A stretch of DNA of 64,000 nt from a virus (IMGVR_UViG_3300031110_000007:2472-66471); one strand, 5' to 3'; positions 1 through 8,008 are shown, counted from the stretch's first letter. The notes: a model not told the origin generated them from the sequence alone. Numbers and translations are program-made.

Positions 1-200
1 GTGCTGATGACCATGCTGACTCTGCTGCTGACTCTGCTGCTGACCATGCTGACTCTGCTGCTGACTCTGCTGCTGACTCTGCTGCTGACTCTGCTGACCG
101 TGCTGCTGACCGTGCTGCTGACTCTGCTGACCATGCTGACTCTGCTGACCGTGCTGACTCTGCTGCTGACTCTGCTGACCGTGCTGCTGACCGTGCTGCT
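1..200. repeat. Degenerate 9/12-bp tandem repeat (ctgctgctgact / gtgctgctgacc) encoding SAAE/SAAR/SAW units on the minus strand
   Basis: Directly visible. Confidence 0.95.
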
Positions 201-649
201 GTTACATCAATTTCATTAAATTGTTTATCAAATAAAACTATACACTCATCTAAAACTTTTAATACACCTATATCCTTAATCCATTCTTTTTGTTTTGTTA
301 GGTTTGCTTTAAAGAAATCTGATTTAAATTTATTAAAATCAAACCCTAGTGGTATTTTTTCAATAGACTGGTAAGGAAATGCACTAGCCTCCTGCTCAGG
401 TAAGCCTTCAAATATTTTTTCTGTTAAATAGCAATACCATAAGTCAATGTTATATTTTTCAGAAAACTTTTCTATAGGGTTTTTACTTGTTTGCATAGTG
501 CATCCGTAAAAACAGCCTTTAAATTCTCCTAGATGGTTTTTATCAGTAGTAAGCCACTTACCCCTAACGAAATCGTCCAGTTCCTGATGCTGCTTAAGGT
601 TTAGTAATAATTCGTTTTTAAGTTGTTGTTCGTTGTTAAATGCTTTCAT
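2..649 (-). CDS. Phage protein with C-terminal SAA(W/E/R)SA low-complexity repeat; 3'-truncated by window edge; missed by ORF track
   Basis: Manual translation from ATG at 649: MKAFNNEQQLKNELLLNLKQHQELDDFVRGKW...KGCFYGCTM...EIDVTAARSAARSAESAAESARSAESAWSA...; open to position 2; downstream of the promoter at 672-703. Confidence 0.85.
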   Translation of the reverse strand, partial: MKAFNNEQQLKNELLLNLKQHQELDDFVRGKWLTTDKNHLGEFKGCFYGCTMQTSKNPIEKFSEKYNIDLWYCYLTEKIFEGLPEQEASAFPYQSIEKIPLGFDFNKFKSDFFKANLTKQKEWIKDIGVLKVLDECIVLFDKQFNEIDVTAARSAARSAESAAESARSAESAWSAESAARSAARSAESAAESAAESAAESAWSAAESAAESAWSSA

Positions 650-671
650 AATATTGTTTTGTTTTGTTGGA

Positions 672-703
672 CAAATGTATGTATAATAAATTTACTGTGC
701 AAG
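672..703 (-). promoter_or_regulatory. Early Bacteroidota sigma70 promoter
   Basis: Minus strand CTTGC-N19-TACATTTG, matching the -33 TTG / -7 TAnnTTTG consensus; 23 nt upstream of ATG 649. Confidence 0.8.
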
Positions 704-709
704 GTTTAT

Positions 710-922
710 TTAACATTTATTTTTATAATCATTAAACAATTGATTTGCTCCGGCTTCTGTGGGTGATTGTGATAGTGATCTATAATATTGGTATGGATTA
801 CCTTTATTAAACACCCTAACAACCCATTTACGGGATAATGCGGAGTAATAACCCCCTTCTGATTGTGGGGAGGATTCGCTGTGTTGACGTTTGTATCTTG
901 TTCCGTGGTTTAGTCCTGGCAT
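710..922 (-). CDS. Early hypothetical protein
   Basis: 70-aa ORF co-oriented and overlapping its neighbours in the early cluster. Confidence 0.6.
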   Translation of the reverse strand: MPGLNHGTRYKRQHSESSPQSEGGYYSALSRKWVVRVFNKGNPYQYYRSLSQSPTEAGANQLFNDYKNKC

Positions 923-1104
923 TGGTTATAATATAATGTTATTGTTGTAGTTGGGCTCGATAATAATGTTTTATTCCGGTCTTTAGTTGGTTTTATGACT
1001 TTAACTATTAGTGTGTTGTCATTTAACAATCCTTGTTGTTTGTATGTTTTGTTACCATATACAAACACCTCACGGGCTTCTGATACTATAAATGTGGGAT
1101 TCAT
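910..1104 (-). CDS. Early hypothetical protein
   Basis: 64-aa ORF with A-rich leader, in the early cluster. Confidence 0.6.
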   Translation of the reverse strand: MNPTFIVSEAREVFVYGNKTYKQQGLLNDNTLIVKVIKPTKDRNKTLLSSPTTTITLYYNQCQD

Positions 1105-1183
1105 GTTAATAAATTTCTAAATTATTGTTTTAAATCGGCCTTACGTCTTATAACTCTTGTTACATATCCGGTTAACTTATTTT

Positions 1184-1519
1184 TTAATTTAGTATTGGTA
1201 TTGTTATTCCTATTTGAGTTCCTTTGTATGGTTGATATCTCGGTATTCCTAGGCCGTTCTTGGTATACTTCACATAGTTGTAAAGTCTAATGCGTGCCTT
1301 GTATCTCATATCTTCGTAAGCGTCCCACATCTGTATATAAGCCGAATTCGTATTGTTGAATTTAACCCATTCAAATAGATCTGATTGTATCGGTGTGCTT
1401 CGGTAACTTACGAAATCTTTGATCTCTTTGGTTCCTTTGTGGATTAGTGTGAATCTAACTGGCTTTTTCATGTTGGTTATTTTTGATATTGGTTTGTTTA
1501 ATATTTGTTCGTTAGTCAT
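1184..1519 (-). CDS. Early hypothetical protein
   Basis: 111-aa ORF with A/C-rich leader. Confidence 0.7.
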   Translation of the reverse strand: MTNEQILNKPISKITNMKKPVRFTLIHKGTKEIKDFVSYRSTPIQSDLFEWVKFNNTNSAYIQMWDAYEDMRYKARIRLYNYVKYTKNGLGIPRYQPYKGTQIGITIPILN

Positions 1520-1690
1520 AGTATTCGAAGTTTGTATTTGTTATTGTTGTTTTGTTATAGTTGTTTTGTTATAGTTATTAACCTCGTGTTTAGTTGGTTG
1601 TGATATAACAATGTAGAATAAAGTAATTAATAAGATTGTGATTGTAAGGAATATTTGTTCCGGGGTTAATGTGTGGTTTTTGTTTCGTGG

Positions 1691-2065
1691 CTATATATAA
1701 TAATAATATTTTAGTATTGTTTCTTTGTTAATATACTCGTCAGCGTCTTTGTATTTAATTACTTTTGCGCTGTCCTTGAAACCAACCCATGAAGGTGCGA
1801 ATTTCATACAGTTAACAATACCTTCCTCAATGTGATCAAATTCTACGTCACCGAACCCCGTACCTATTCCACTTCCTTTAATTGGTTTGTGGACTGTGCC
1901 GAATCTTGGTAAACCATATTCAACTGAACATGTACCAATGTTTGTACCATCTGTGATGAATATTTGTTCTACTATATTTGATCTTGTTTCAAAGGTAAAT
2001 ACTTTTAAACCTTGTTCTTTTGCAATCGCTTCTACTTCTGCTAGTGTTGGGTGTAATGGTTTCAT
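1691..2065 (-). CDS. Early hypothetical protein (start probably ATG 2065, MKPLHPT...)
   Basis: ORF track 1691..2113; the internal ATG at 2065 follows the same 28-nt leader as the ORF starting at 2977. Confidence 0.7.
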   Translation of the reverse strand: MKPLHPTLAEVEAIAKEQGLKVFTFETRSNIVEQIFITDGTNIGTCSVEYGLPRFGTVHKPIKGSGIGTGFGDVEFDHIEEGIVNCMKFAPSWVGFKDSAKVIKYKDADEYINKETILKYYYYI

Positions 2066-2099
2066 AATGTTTGGTTTGTTATTGTTGGTAAGGTTTATT

Positions 2100-2621
2100 T
2101 TAAATTGTTTCATTGTTGTTTGTTAAATTCAACCCATTTTTCCTAACGTCACGTAGTTGAGAGGCAAAGAAGAAAACATCTAACAATATTAATTTGCCGT
2201 TCTTTACTGCAACATTCCTTGGTGATATTTCAAACTTAACATCACTCCCATAATTTGACATATCTTCCAAAACTTCTAATAATATATTTTTAACAGACTT
2301 GTTTTTTATATTTTGAAAAGCCTCAGATACTGCAAAGTAGTTGTTATAGTCTTTACCATCATATTTTATTGAAGCAAAAACATTTACTAAATCTTTGTAA
2401 ATTTCATAATATTTAGGTTGTAGTGAGGTTTTTAATGATGTTACTTTTGGGTAATATTCACAAGTATATTCTCTATCACCAATCCTTTTATATTGAGGGA
2501 AGTAGTTAACTTTACCTAAATCACTTAAGCACTCTTTGGCGTAGCATATAGATTTTACTAAAACTTTTTTATCAGATAGTTTGTAAACTTTTGTAAATGA
2601 CCCTTTACCTATTAGTTGCAT
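2100..2621 (-). CDS. Minimal protein-kinase-fold protein
   Basis: Gly-loop IGKGSFTKVY, beta3 Lys (VLVKS), alphaC Glu (KE), catalytic-loop-like FEISPRNV, DFG-like LLDVFF. Confidence 0.7.
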   Translation of the reverse strand: MQLIGKGSFTKVYKLSDKKVLVKSICYAKECLSDLGKVNYFPQYKRIGDREYTCEYYPKVTSLKTSLQPKYYEIYKDLVNVFASIKYDGKDYNNYFAVSEAFQNIKNKSVKNILLEVLEDMSNYGSDVKFEISPRNVAVKNGKLILLDVFFFASQLRDVRKNGLNLTNNNETI

Positions 2622-2658
2622 GATGTTTGTTTTTGTTTGTTTTGTTGTTATCTGAGTA

Positions 2659-2690
2659 CAAATTTATATAATTAAAATTTAACCCGCAAG
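2659..2690 (-). promoter_or_regulatory. Early sigma70 promoter
   Basis: CTTGC-N19-TAAATTTG upstream of the kinase ATG. Confidence 0.8.
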
Positions 2691-2761
2691 GTTTTTGATA
2701 ATTATTTTTGAGTATTTTGTTAAATGATTGATTTTCAGGTATATTATTTTTATGATAGTGA

Positions 2762-2977
2762 CTATCGGGTTGTGTAGTACGTATATTTTTCTACGTTAGA
2801 TATTGTAATATCTACACCTTTAGGTGGATTGCAGCATTTGTTTAACAACGCTTGTTTAACCTGTGATATGCGTGTGTATCCGCTATCATATATACTTGTT
2901 AATAGATTACCTTGCTTGTCCAGTAGATAGGCCTTTATGTCATCGTTGTATGTTATTCTGAATCTAGTTTGTCTCAT
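2762..2977 (-). CDS. Early hypothetical protein
   Basis: 71-aa ORF with the duplicated leader. Confidence 0.65.
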   Translation of the reverse strand: MRQTRFRITYNDDIKAYLLDKQGNLLTSIYDSGYTRISQVKQALLNKCCNPPKGVDITISNVEKYTYYTTR

Positions 2978-3057
2978 AATGTTTGGTTTGTTATTGTTGG
3001 TTAAGGTTCATTGTTTAAAGAAAGCAGTTTTAAAACTTGCTCAGGTTCATTTAACAA

Positions 3058-3186
3058 TTACTTGCGTGGCTTAGGACGTTTGGAGTTGTTCTGCTTACGC
3101 TGTTTGATAGGGTTGTTTTTTGACGTCTTGTTTTCGATTTGTGGTTTGTTTTTTGACACAAGGTCTTTGACTGTAATGTTTTTCAT
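3058..3186 (-). CDS. Small basic early peptide (42 aa), first gene after the 3222-3253 promoter
   Basis: Manual translation MKNITVKDLVSKNKPQIENKTSKNNPIKQRKQNNSKRPKPRK*. Confidence 0.55.
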   Translation of the reverse strand: MKNITVKDLVSKNKPQIENKTSKNNPIKQRKQNNSKRPKPRK

Positions 3187-3221
3187 AATGGTTGTAGATA
3201 TTTGGTTTGTTATATCTGTGA

Positions 3222-3253
3222 CAAATTTATGTGTTTAATTTGGATTGTGCAAG
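3222..3253 (-). promoter_or_regulatory. Early sigma70 promoter (outermost)
   Basis: CTTGC-N19-TAAATTTG. Confidence 0.8.
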
Positions 3254-3306
3254 TGTTTGAGTAAAATAATTTGTAAGTTGTTTAGAATGAAGGATAATAA
3301 TTTATG

Positions 3307-3481
3307 GTAGACAAGTCTGTCTATATGTATAAGCTGATCGTTAACCAATATTATTTATGTGGATAACTTGTTAGTAACTTGTGGATAAAATGTTAGACAG
3401 ATTGTTAGACTCAACTAACAATTTTTGTTTGAATGGCTACACTACCCGGAATTGAGCCCCAAAACAGACAGACTTGTCTAC
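3307..3481. repeat. Perfect 16-bp inverted repeat (gtagacaagtctgtct 3307-3322 / agacagacttgtctac 3466-3481)
   Basis: Directly visible. Confidence 0.9.
3358..3388 (-). promoter_or_regulatory. Two perfect DnaA boxes (TTATCCACA on minus strand) at 3358-3366 and 3380-3388
   Basis: TGTGGATAA twice on the plus strand, 22 bp apart; function inferred. Confidence 0.6.
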
Positions 3482-5229
3482 TTTCATTTAATACCCCGAA
3501 TGATATGATTTATACGTTCGTTTAAGATATGTAACTTTTCCCCGGCACATGGTGTTGTAACAAATCATTAATTCTACTGTATTTCAACACGTTAATCGGT
3601 AGCTTGTTATATGATTGAGTAGATTATTGACCTATAAAAAGTCCAAAAATTTGGACAGTAATTTGTGAAATAAGAGCCCCACCCCATCGAAAAAGTTGCG
3701 TTTTCCCCTTCGCTCCCGACCGGAATATACACCCCAATACCCCAAACCCTCTGATAGACTCAATTTTTTGAAAATTCAGTACATTAAACAAATTTTGTTA
3801 AATGAGTAAAAATGCAGTATTCATGCGGGTTCACAGCTCCACGCCAACTCCAAAACAAAACTGTAACCAAAATATTACACATAAATATTAACAAATTTTA
3901 ACAAAAATAGGATACTTTCGTCATAGTATAATCACCTCACCAAACAAATTCCAAAATTCAACCCAAAACACAACTCCACCAAATCCTGCACCAAACCTAT
4001 TCACCTCACACACTCTCACAGACTCATATACCCACCAAAAATTAACTCAACCCACCTCACTGGTATATTCATATTCCAATACACATTACAATCGATTTTT
4101 GATACCTTAAAATCAGTCGCGTCTTTATAGGGTTAAAATCATCTACCAAAATTTCATTAAACAGTTTTATTCCTCAGTTTAACCCAACTTAAATGCTTAA
4201 ACCTCTATACGTACATCAAAAATCCACTAAAACACACATAGACAACCAATCATACCAACAACCTACCCTTAATTGATTTTTGACCCACTTCTGAGCCTGT
4301 ACGGCAATGTTGGTTCACTAAACAAACTTCACCAAACAAAACATCATACACCCAAACAAATGCACACTCAACAATCGAGCTTATAGACTCCACAATCGGA
4401 CAAAATTGTTTGGTGGGCTAAAACAGCCTCGAAAAAGCAGCGAAAGAATATGATCTTATAATAATTATTATTTGTTTTATTAAACAGAGTTTAATTTATA
4501 ATCTCTAATACTAAGTGTTTTATTTATCAATAATATTCTAAAGTTTAATCCACCTAGTTTATTCAAGTAATATCTTACCTTAATCAATTACCTTAATCAA
4601 TTACTTAAATAGTATTCAAACAAGAATATTCTTAAATAACTATATTCACCTAATAATCTATTACAAATAATATACTATAATATTATTTTAAAATAATCTT
4701 TTGTATATATATACTTGTATATATATATTTAATATTTATAATATAAGTAAAAATATAATACATTAGAAATAAATTTTACACTTGTAAACCAACTTGTTAC
4801 ATGAAATATAATTTTTTTGGTTTGGGTAAAATCGTCTTGATTTTGGGTTTTGGGTAATTTTAGTGTATTGATAATGATTTATAACATTGTTTAATGAATT
4901 AATAACTATATAAGACACTTTGTTAAATTGACGGCAAGTGTTAAACATTTATTAAATGTATATACAGCACTTTTCAGATTCAAATATTTTACATATCTTT
5001 GTTGAAAATTAAATCAAAATGAATAAAATGCCAAAATTTACAGCTGCTTATAATAGACATAAGCAAAGGCTTAACAATGGGGAAATTTACTTTTAGGTAA
5101 AACAAACCAAACCTTCAACCCAGGTAAAACTTTAATATTTGAAATCCTTTAATTATGAAATTTAAAAACAGAAAACTTATCTGGTCATTTAGAATATGGG
5201 CAGTTTACGATGTTTTATTCTCAAATAAA

Positions 5230-5260
5230 TTTGCTACATTAAATAATTTTCATATATTTG
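5230..5260 (+). promoter_or_regulatory. Sigma70 promoter of the recombinase gene
   Basis: TTTG-N19-TATATTTG. Confidence 0.75.
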
Positions 5261-5280
5261 TCAAAAGAAATAAAAATTAA

Positions 5281-5985
5281 ATGGAAAATTACGTAGCTTA
5301 TTACAGAGTATCAACAAAAGGCCAGGGGCAGTCAGGGCTAGGACTAACGGCACAGCAAAGATCGGTTGAACAATATATATCTTCAACGGGAGGGGATTTG
5401 ATCAAGACTTATACAGACATAGAGTCAGGTAGGAAGGATGACCGCCCCTCTTTGATGAAGGGGTTAGCTAAAGTAAAAGAAACAGGGGCTACACTTTTGA
5501 TAGCTAAATTAGATAGATTATCAAGGGATGTTGCTTTTATCTACACGCTGATGGATGCAGGAGTTAAGTTTAAGTGTGTTGATATGCCGGAAGCAAATCA
5601 CTTAACAATTGGTTTGATGGCTGTATTAGCACAACAAGAGGCAAAGATGTTATCCGAACGAACAAAAGTTGCTTTGAAGTCCATTAAGATCAAATTAAAG
5701 AGAGGCGAGGTTCACATTTCTAAAAGTGGGAAGGTTGTTACATCACTGGGTAATCCTCAAAACCTTACAGACGAAGCAAGGTTAAAAGCTGTTAAGTCTA
5801 TAAAGGATAAAGCTGATAACAACCCTGAAACTAAGAAGTCATATGCCTTTATGAAAGTTTTAAGGGATTCAGGATTTACACTTGAATACATAGCAACAAA
5901 ATTAAATGAGTCAGGGTTTAAAGCTCCTAATGGAGGGGAGTTTAGTAAGACTCAGGTTTCAAGGATTTTGAGAAGGTTTAGTTAA
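5281..5985 (+). CDS. Serine recombinase (resolvase/invertase family)
   Basis: YVAYYRVSTKGQ catalytic Ser motif, DIESG..DDRP, LLIAKLDRLSRD, C-terminal HTH-like segment. Confidence 0.92.
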   Translation: MENYVAYYRVSTKGQGQSGLGLTAQQRSVEQYISSTGGDLIKTYTDIESGRKDDRPSLMKGLAKVKETGATLLIAKLDRLSRDVAFIYTLMDAGVKFKCVDMPEANHLTIGLMAVLAQQEAKMLSERTKVALKSIKIKLKRGEVHISKSGKVVTSLGNPQNLTDEARLKAVKSIKDKADNNPETKKSYAFMKVLRDSGFTLEYIATKLNESGFKAPNGGEFSKTQVSRILRRFS

Positions 5986-5989
5986 TAGT

Positions 5990-6078
5990 GTCAGGTATAG
6001 TATAGATCAAATAGGGCAGGGCTTAAAATGCAAACTGTTAAATACGATAAAGATCAAAATACTGTACCTGACTTTTTT
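5990..6078 (+). terminator. Long imperfect hairpin with T-tract after the recombinase gene, abutting the next promoter
   Basis: gtcaggtatagtatagatc (5990-6008) pairs with gatcaaaatactgtacctgac (6052-6072), followed by tttttt. Confidence 0.55.
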
Positions 6079-6079
6079 G

Positions 6080-6087
6080 TATATTTG
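6080..6087 (+). promoter_or_regulatory. -7 box TATATTTG
   Basis: Consensus match upstream of ORF 6114. Confidence 0.65.
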
Positions 6088-6113
6088 CAAAGTAATTAAT
6101 AAATATTTATATT

Positions 6114-6518
6114 ATGAGAGACGTAGAATTAACATTGACAGGGACGTGTAGTGTAGACGCTTTAAAAGCCTTATTAGGTGGAATTGAAGCATTGGAGAAA
6201 AGGTATCTTTATGACCCAACATCGGTAGCAGATGTTACGGCCGTACCTGCTGTATTTACAGGTACTACACATAGGTTTGCCTATACGTTTACATTTACAA
6301 CTGCAATTGCTACAGGTGAGTATACAGCAGTATTTGTAAGTAAGCAAGGTACAATAAATCCGCAGGATAGACCAAGTTTTGCAAGGTCAGCTCCGGAGTT
6401 AGAAACTTTTGAATTGCCTGATGATGCAGGTAAGAAATTGGTAGACGATGAAACAAATACACTTGTTGTAAAGGGAGAGGTTTTGGTAGATGAAAAGCCG
6501 AAAGGTAAAAAAGCTTAA
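6114..6518 (+). CDS. Hypothetical protein
   Basis: 134-aa ORF bracketed by promoter and terminator. Confidence 0.8.
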   Translation: MRDVELTLTGTCSVDALKALLGGIEALEKRYLYDPTSVADVTAVPAVFTGTTHRFAYTFTFTTAIATGEYTAVFVSKQGTINPQDRPSFARSAPELETFELPDDAGKKLVDDETNTLVVKGEVLVDEKPKGKKA

Positions 6519-6523
6519 GCTAA

Positions 6524-6560
6524 GGGGTTTGTGAGTAATATCATAGACCCCATTTTTATT
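6524..6560 (+). terminator. Intrinsic terminator
   Basis: ggggtttgtga-gtaata-tcatagacccc followed by atttttattt. Confidence 0.6.
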
Positions 6561-6575
6561 TAAATTAAATCTAAT

Positions 6576-7088
6576 ATGAGTAGAGTTAAGAAATCAGTAA
6601 AACACAAAGGCGTGTACAATTACGTCAGGGTTAAGGAACAGCCTGAAAAATCACGTTTCGTCTCAAATATACAGTATGACTTCCTTACTAATATAAAAGT
6701 GGTTTTTAAGTGGGCTATGGAGAATTATGATTTAACAAGGTCTGAGGTAGAAGTTATGCTATATTTATACGGACAAGGTGTATTTTCAATGCAGCAGGCT
6801 AGGAGTGCTGTTAAGTTGTATGACATTCAGTCATCATTACATTTTTATAGGTTTGTTAAGGAAGGTTGGTTTTTGAAGTGGAGAGATAAGACAGGAAAAG
6901 ATTCGCCTTTGTATACTTTATCCAACAAAGGTAAAATGATGTGTGCTAAGATGCATAAGTTTTGTACAGGGACTGAAAAGATTCCGGTGAGTGACCGATC
7001 TAACAAAATGGCTATTAATGCCGATACCGGAAATGCTAAGACTTATATGGATATGATCAGGAGGATGAATGAGGCAGTTAATAGATAA
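6576..7088 (+). CDS. Putative winged-helix (MarR-like) DNA-binding protein
   Basis: LTRSEVEVMLYLY...FVKEGW...LYTLSNKGK pattern. Confidence 0.5.
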   Translation: MSRVKKSVKHKGVYNYVRVKEQPEKSRFVSNIQYDFLTNIKVVFKWAMENYDLTRSEVEVMLYLYGQGVFSMQQARSAVKLYDIQSSLHFYRFVKEGWFLKWRDKTGKDSPLYTLSNKGKMMCAKMHKFCTGTEKIPVSDRSNKMAINADTGNAKTYMDMIRRMNEAVNR

Positions 7089-7091
7089 AAT

Positions 7092-7124
7092 AAAAGGGGA
7101 TTACTAAATAGTAGTCCCCTTTTT
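7092..7124. terminator. Bidirectional intrinsic terminator
   Basis: aaaaggggattact-aaat-agtagtcccctttt between convergent genes. Confidence 0.8.
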
Positions 7125-7724
7125 GCTATAGTACCATCTTGGGTACTTATCGCTTATTATTCTTAGTTTAGCAAAGTCTCTTGATCTTTTTGTAATTTTC
7201 ATAAACTCTCTTAAAGAGTTGAAGTAAACTCCATCCGCATAAAAACTACTACATTTTTGTAATAACATCATGTTAGTTTTTTCATCTGTTGAATACCTAT
7301 ACCCAAATCTAGGGTTATTTTCACCTTTAAAACAATAGGCTCCTTTTATCCTGTAGTTAACATCCTTTGATATTCCACCTTTCCAAGATGGATTATTAGA
7401 GCCATACATTATAGGGTTTGAACCGCCTTCAACGATATTATAGTTATTTTTATCTTCACAGTATATTTTTGTAACTAACCACTTTTCCTCGTCTACAGAT
7501 TCCTGATATGTATCAAAAAACATTAATATAATACATATAAATTTGTCTTTACCATATTTATTTATAGACCTCCTTAATAATTTACCACTACCTACATATC
7601 CGTCTAATAGGTTATTTGTAGAGTGTCTACCTATGTAAGTTTTACCATTAACTGTATTTTTTGTTTGATATACATAATGGTATTTAAGTTTACATAGGTT
7701 AGACATATTCTTAGAGTTGCTCAT
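7104..7724 (-). CDS. Free-standing GIY-YIG homing endonuclease with NUMOD3-like motif
   Basis: HYVYQTKNTVNGKTYIGRH...GYVGSGKLL, GENNPRFG. Confidence 0.85.
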   Translation of the reverse strand: MSNSKNMSNLCKLKYHYVYQTKNTVNGKTYIGRHSTNNLLDGYVGSGKLLRRSINKYGKDKFICIILMFFDTYQESVDEEKWLVTKIYCEDKNNYNIVEGGSNPIMYGSNNPSWKGGISKDVNYRIKGAYCFKGENNPRFGYRYSTDEKTNMMLLQKCSSFYADGVYFNSLREFMKITKRSRDFAKLRIISDKYPRWYYSKKGTTI

Positions 7725-8008
7725 TACTTGTTCTTCTTACCTCCACCTCTTGCATTCCTATCACCTGCTGTACCTGTTTTAGCTCCTCTGTTAATAGATG
7801 ATTTAACAAAACTATTAGTTCCATGATTGTAATCCTTTCCTCTAATATCCTGACCCCTCTTTGTAGCCTCAGCTCTCTTAGCATTTGACTCTGTCCTCTT
7901 TTTAACTTGTTCAGGTCTCCTGTTTAGCTTAGTATCATAAGCTGCCTTTTTTGCCCTTGCTTCGGGGTTTGATGCGTAATACTTCGCACTCTTGCTTTTT
8001 GCTGCCAT
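7724..8008 (-). CDS. Small highly basic protein
   Basis: 94 aa, K/R-rich; own promoter. Confidence 0.75.
   Translation of the reverse strand: MAAKSKSAKYYASNPEARAKKAAYDTKLNRRPEQVKKRTESNAKRAEATKRGQDIRGKDYNHGTNSFVKSSINRGAKTGTAGDRNARGGGKKNK

Larger units (their letters stand above)
3254..4990. other. Long non-coding region between divergent gene blocks: candidate genome terminus/packaging site and replication origin
   Basis: No credible ORFs; C-run cluster at 3676-3750; G-poor plus strand at about 3840-4400; very AT-rich 4450-4760 with tandem ccttaatcaatta. Confidence 0.5.

Noticed and set aside
1-219. Plus-strand 72-aa poly-Leu/Thr ORF
   Set aside because: Antisense shadow of the repeat in the real minus-strand gene 2-649
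3431-3460. tRNA-like 3' end on the minus strand (ggggctcaattccgggtagtgtagcca)
   Set aside because: T-stem does not pair and no D arm, anticodon arm or acceptor partner is present
4763-4948. 61-aa minus-strand ORF
   Set aside because: Lies in an AT-rich non-coding stretch with no leader, promoter or recognisable features
3254-5280. Possible CRISPR mini-array or large structured ncRNA
   Set aside because: No regularly spaced direct repeats with unique spacers and no recognisable RNA family; only short dyads
5281-5985. Integrase indicating a temperate lifestyle
   Set aside because: At 234 aa it is a small resolvase type, and no repressor or attachment site is evident
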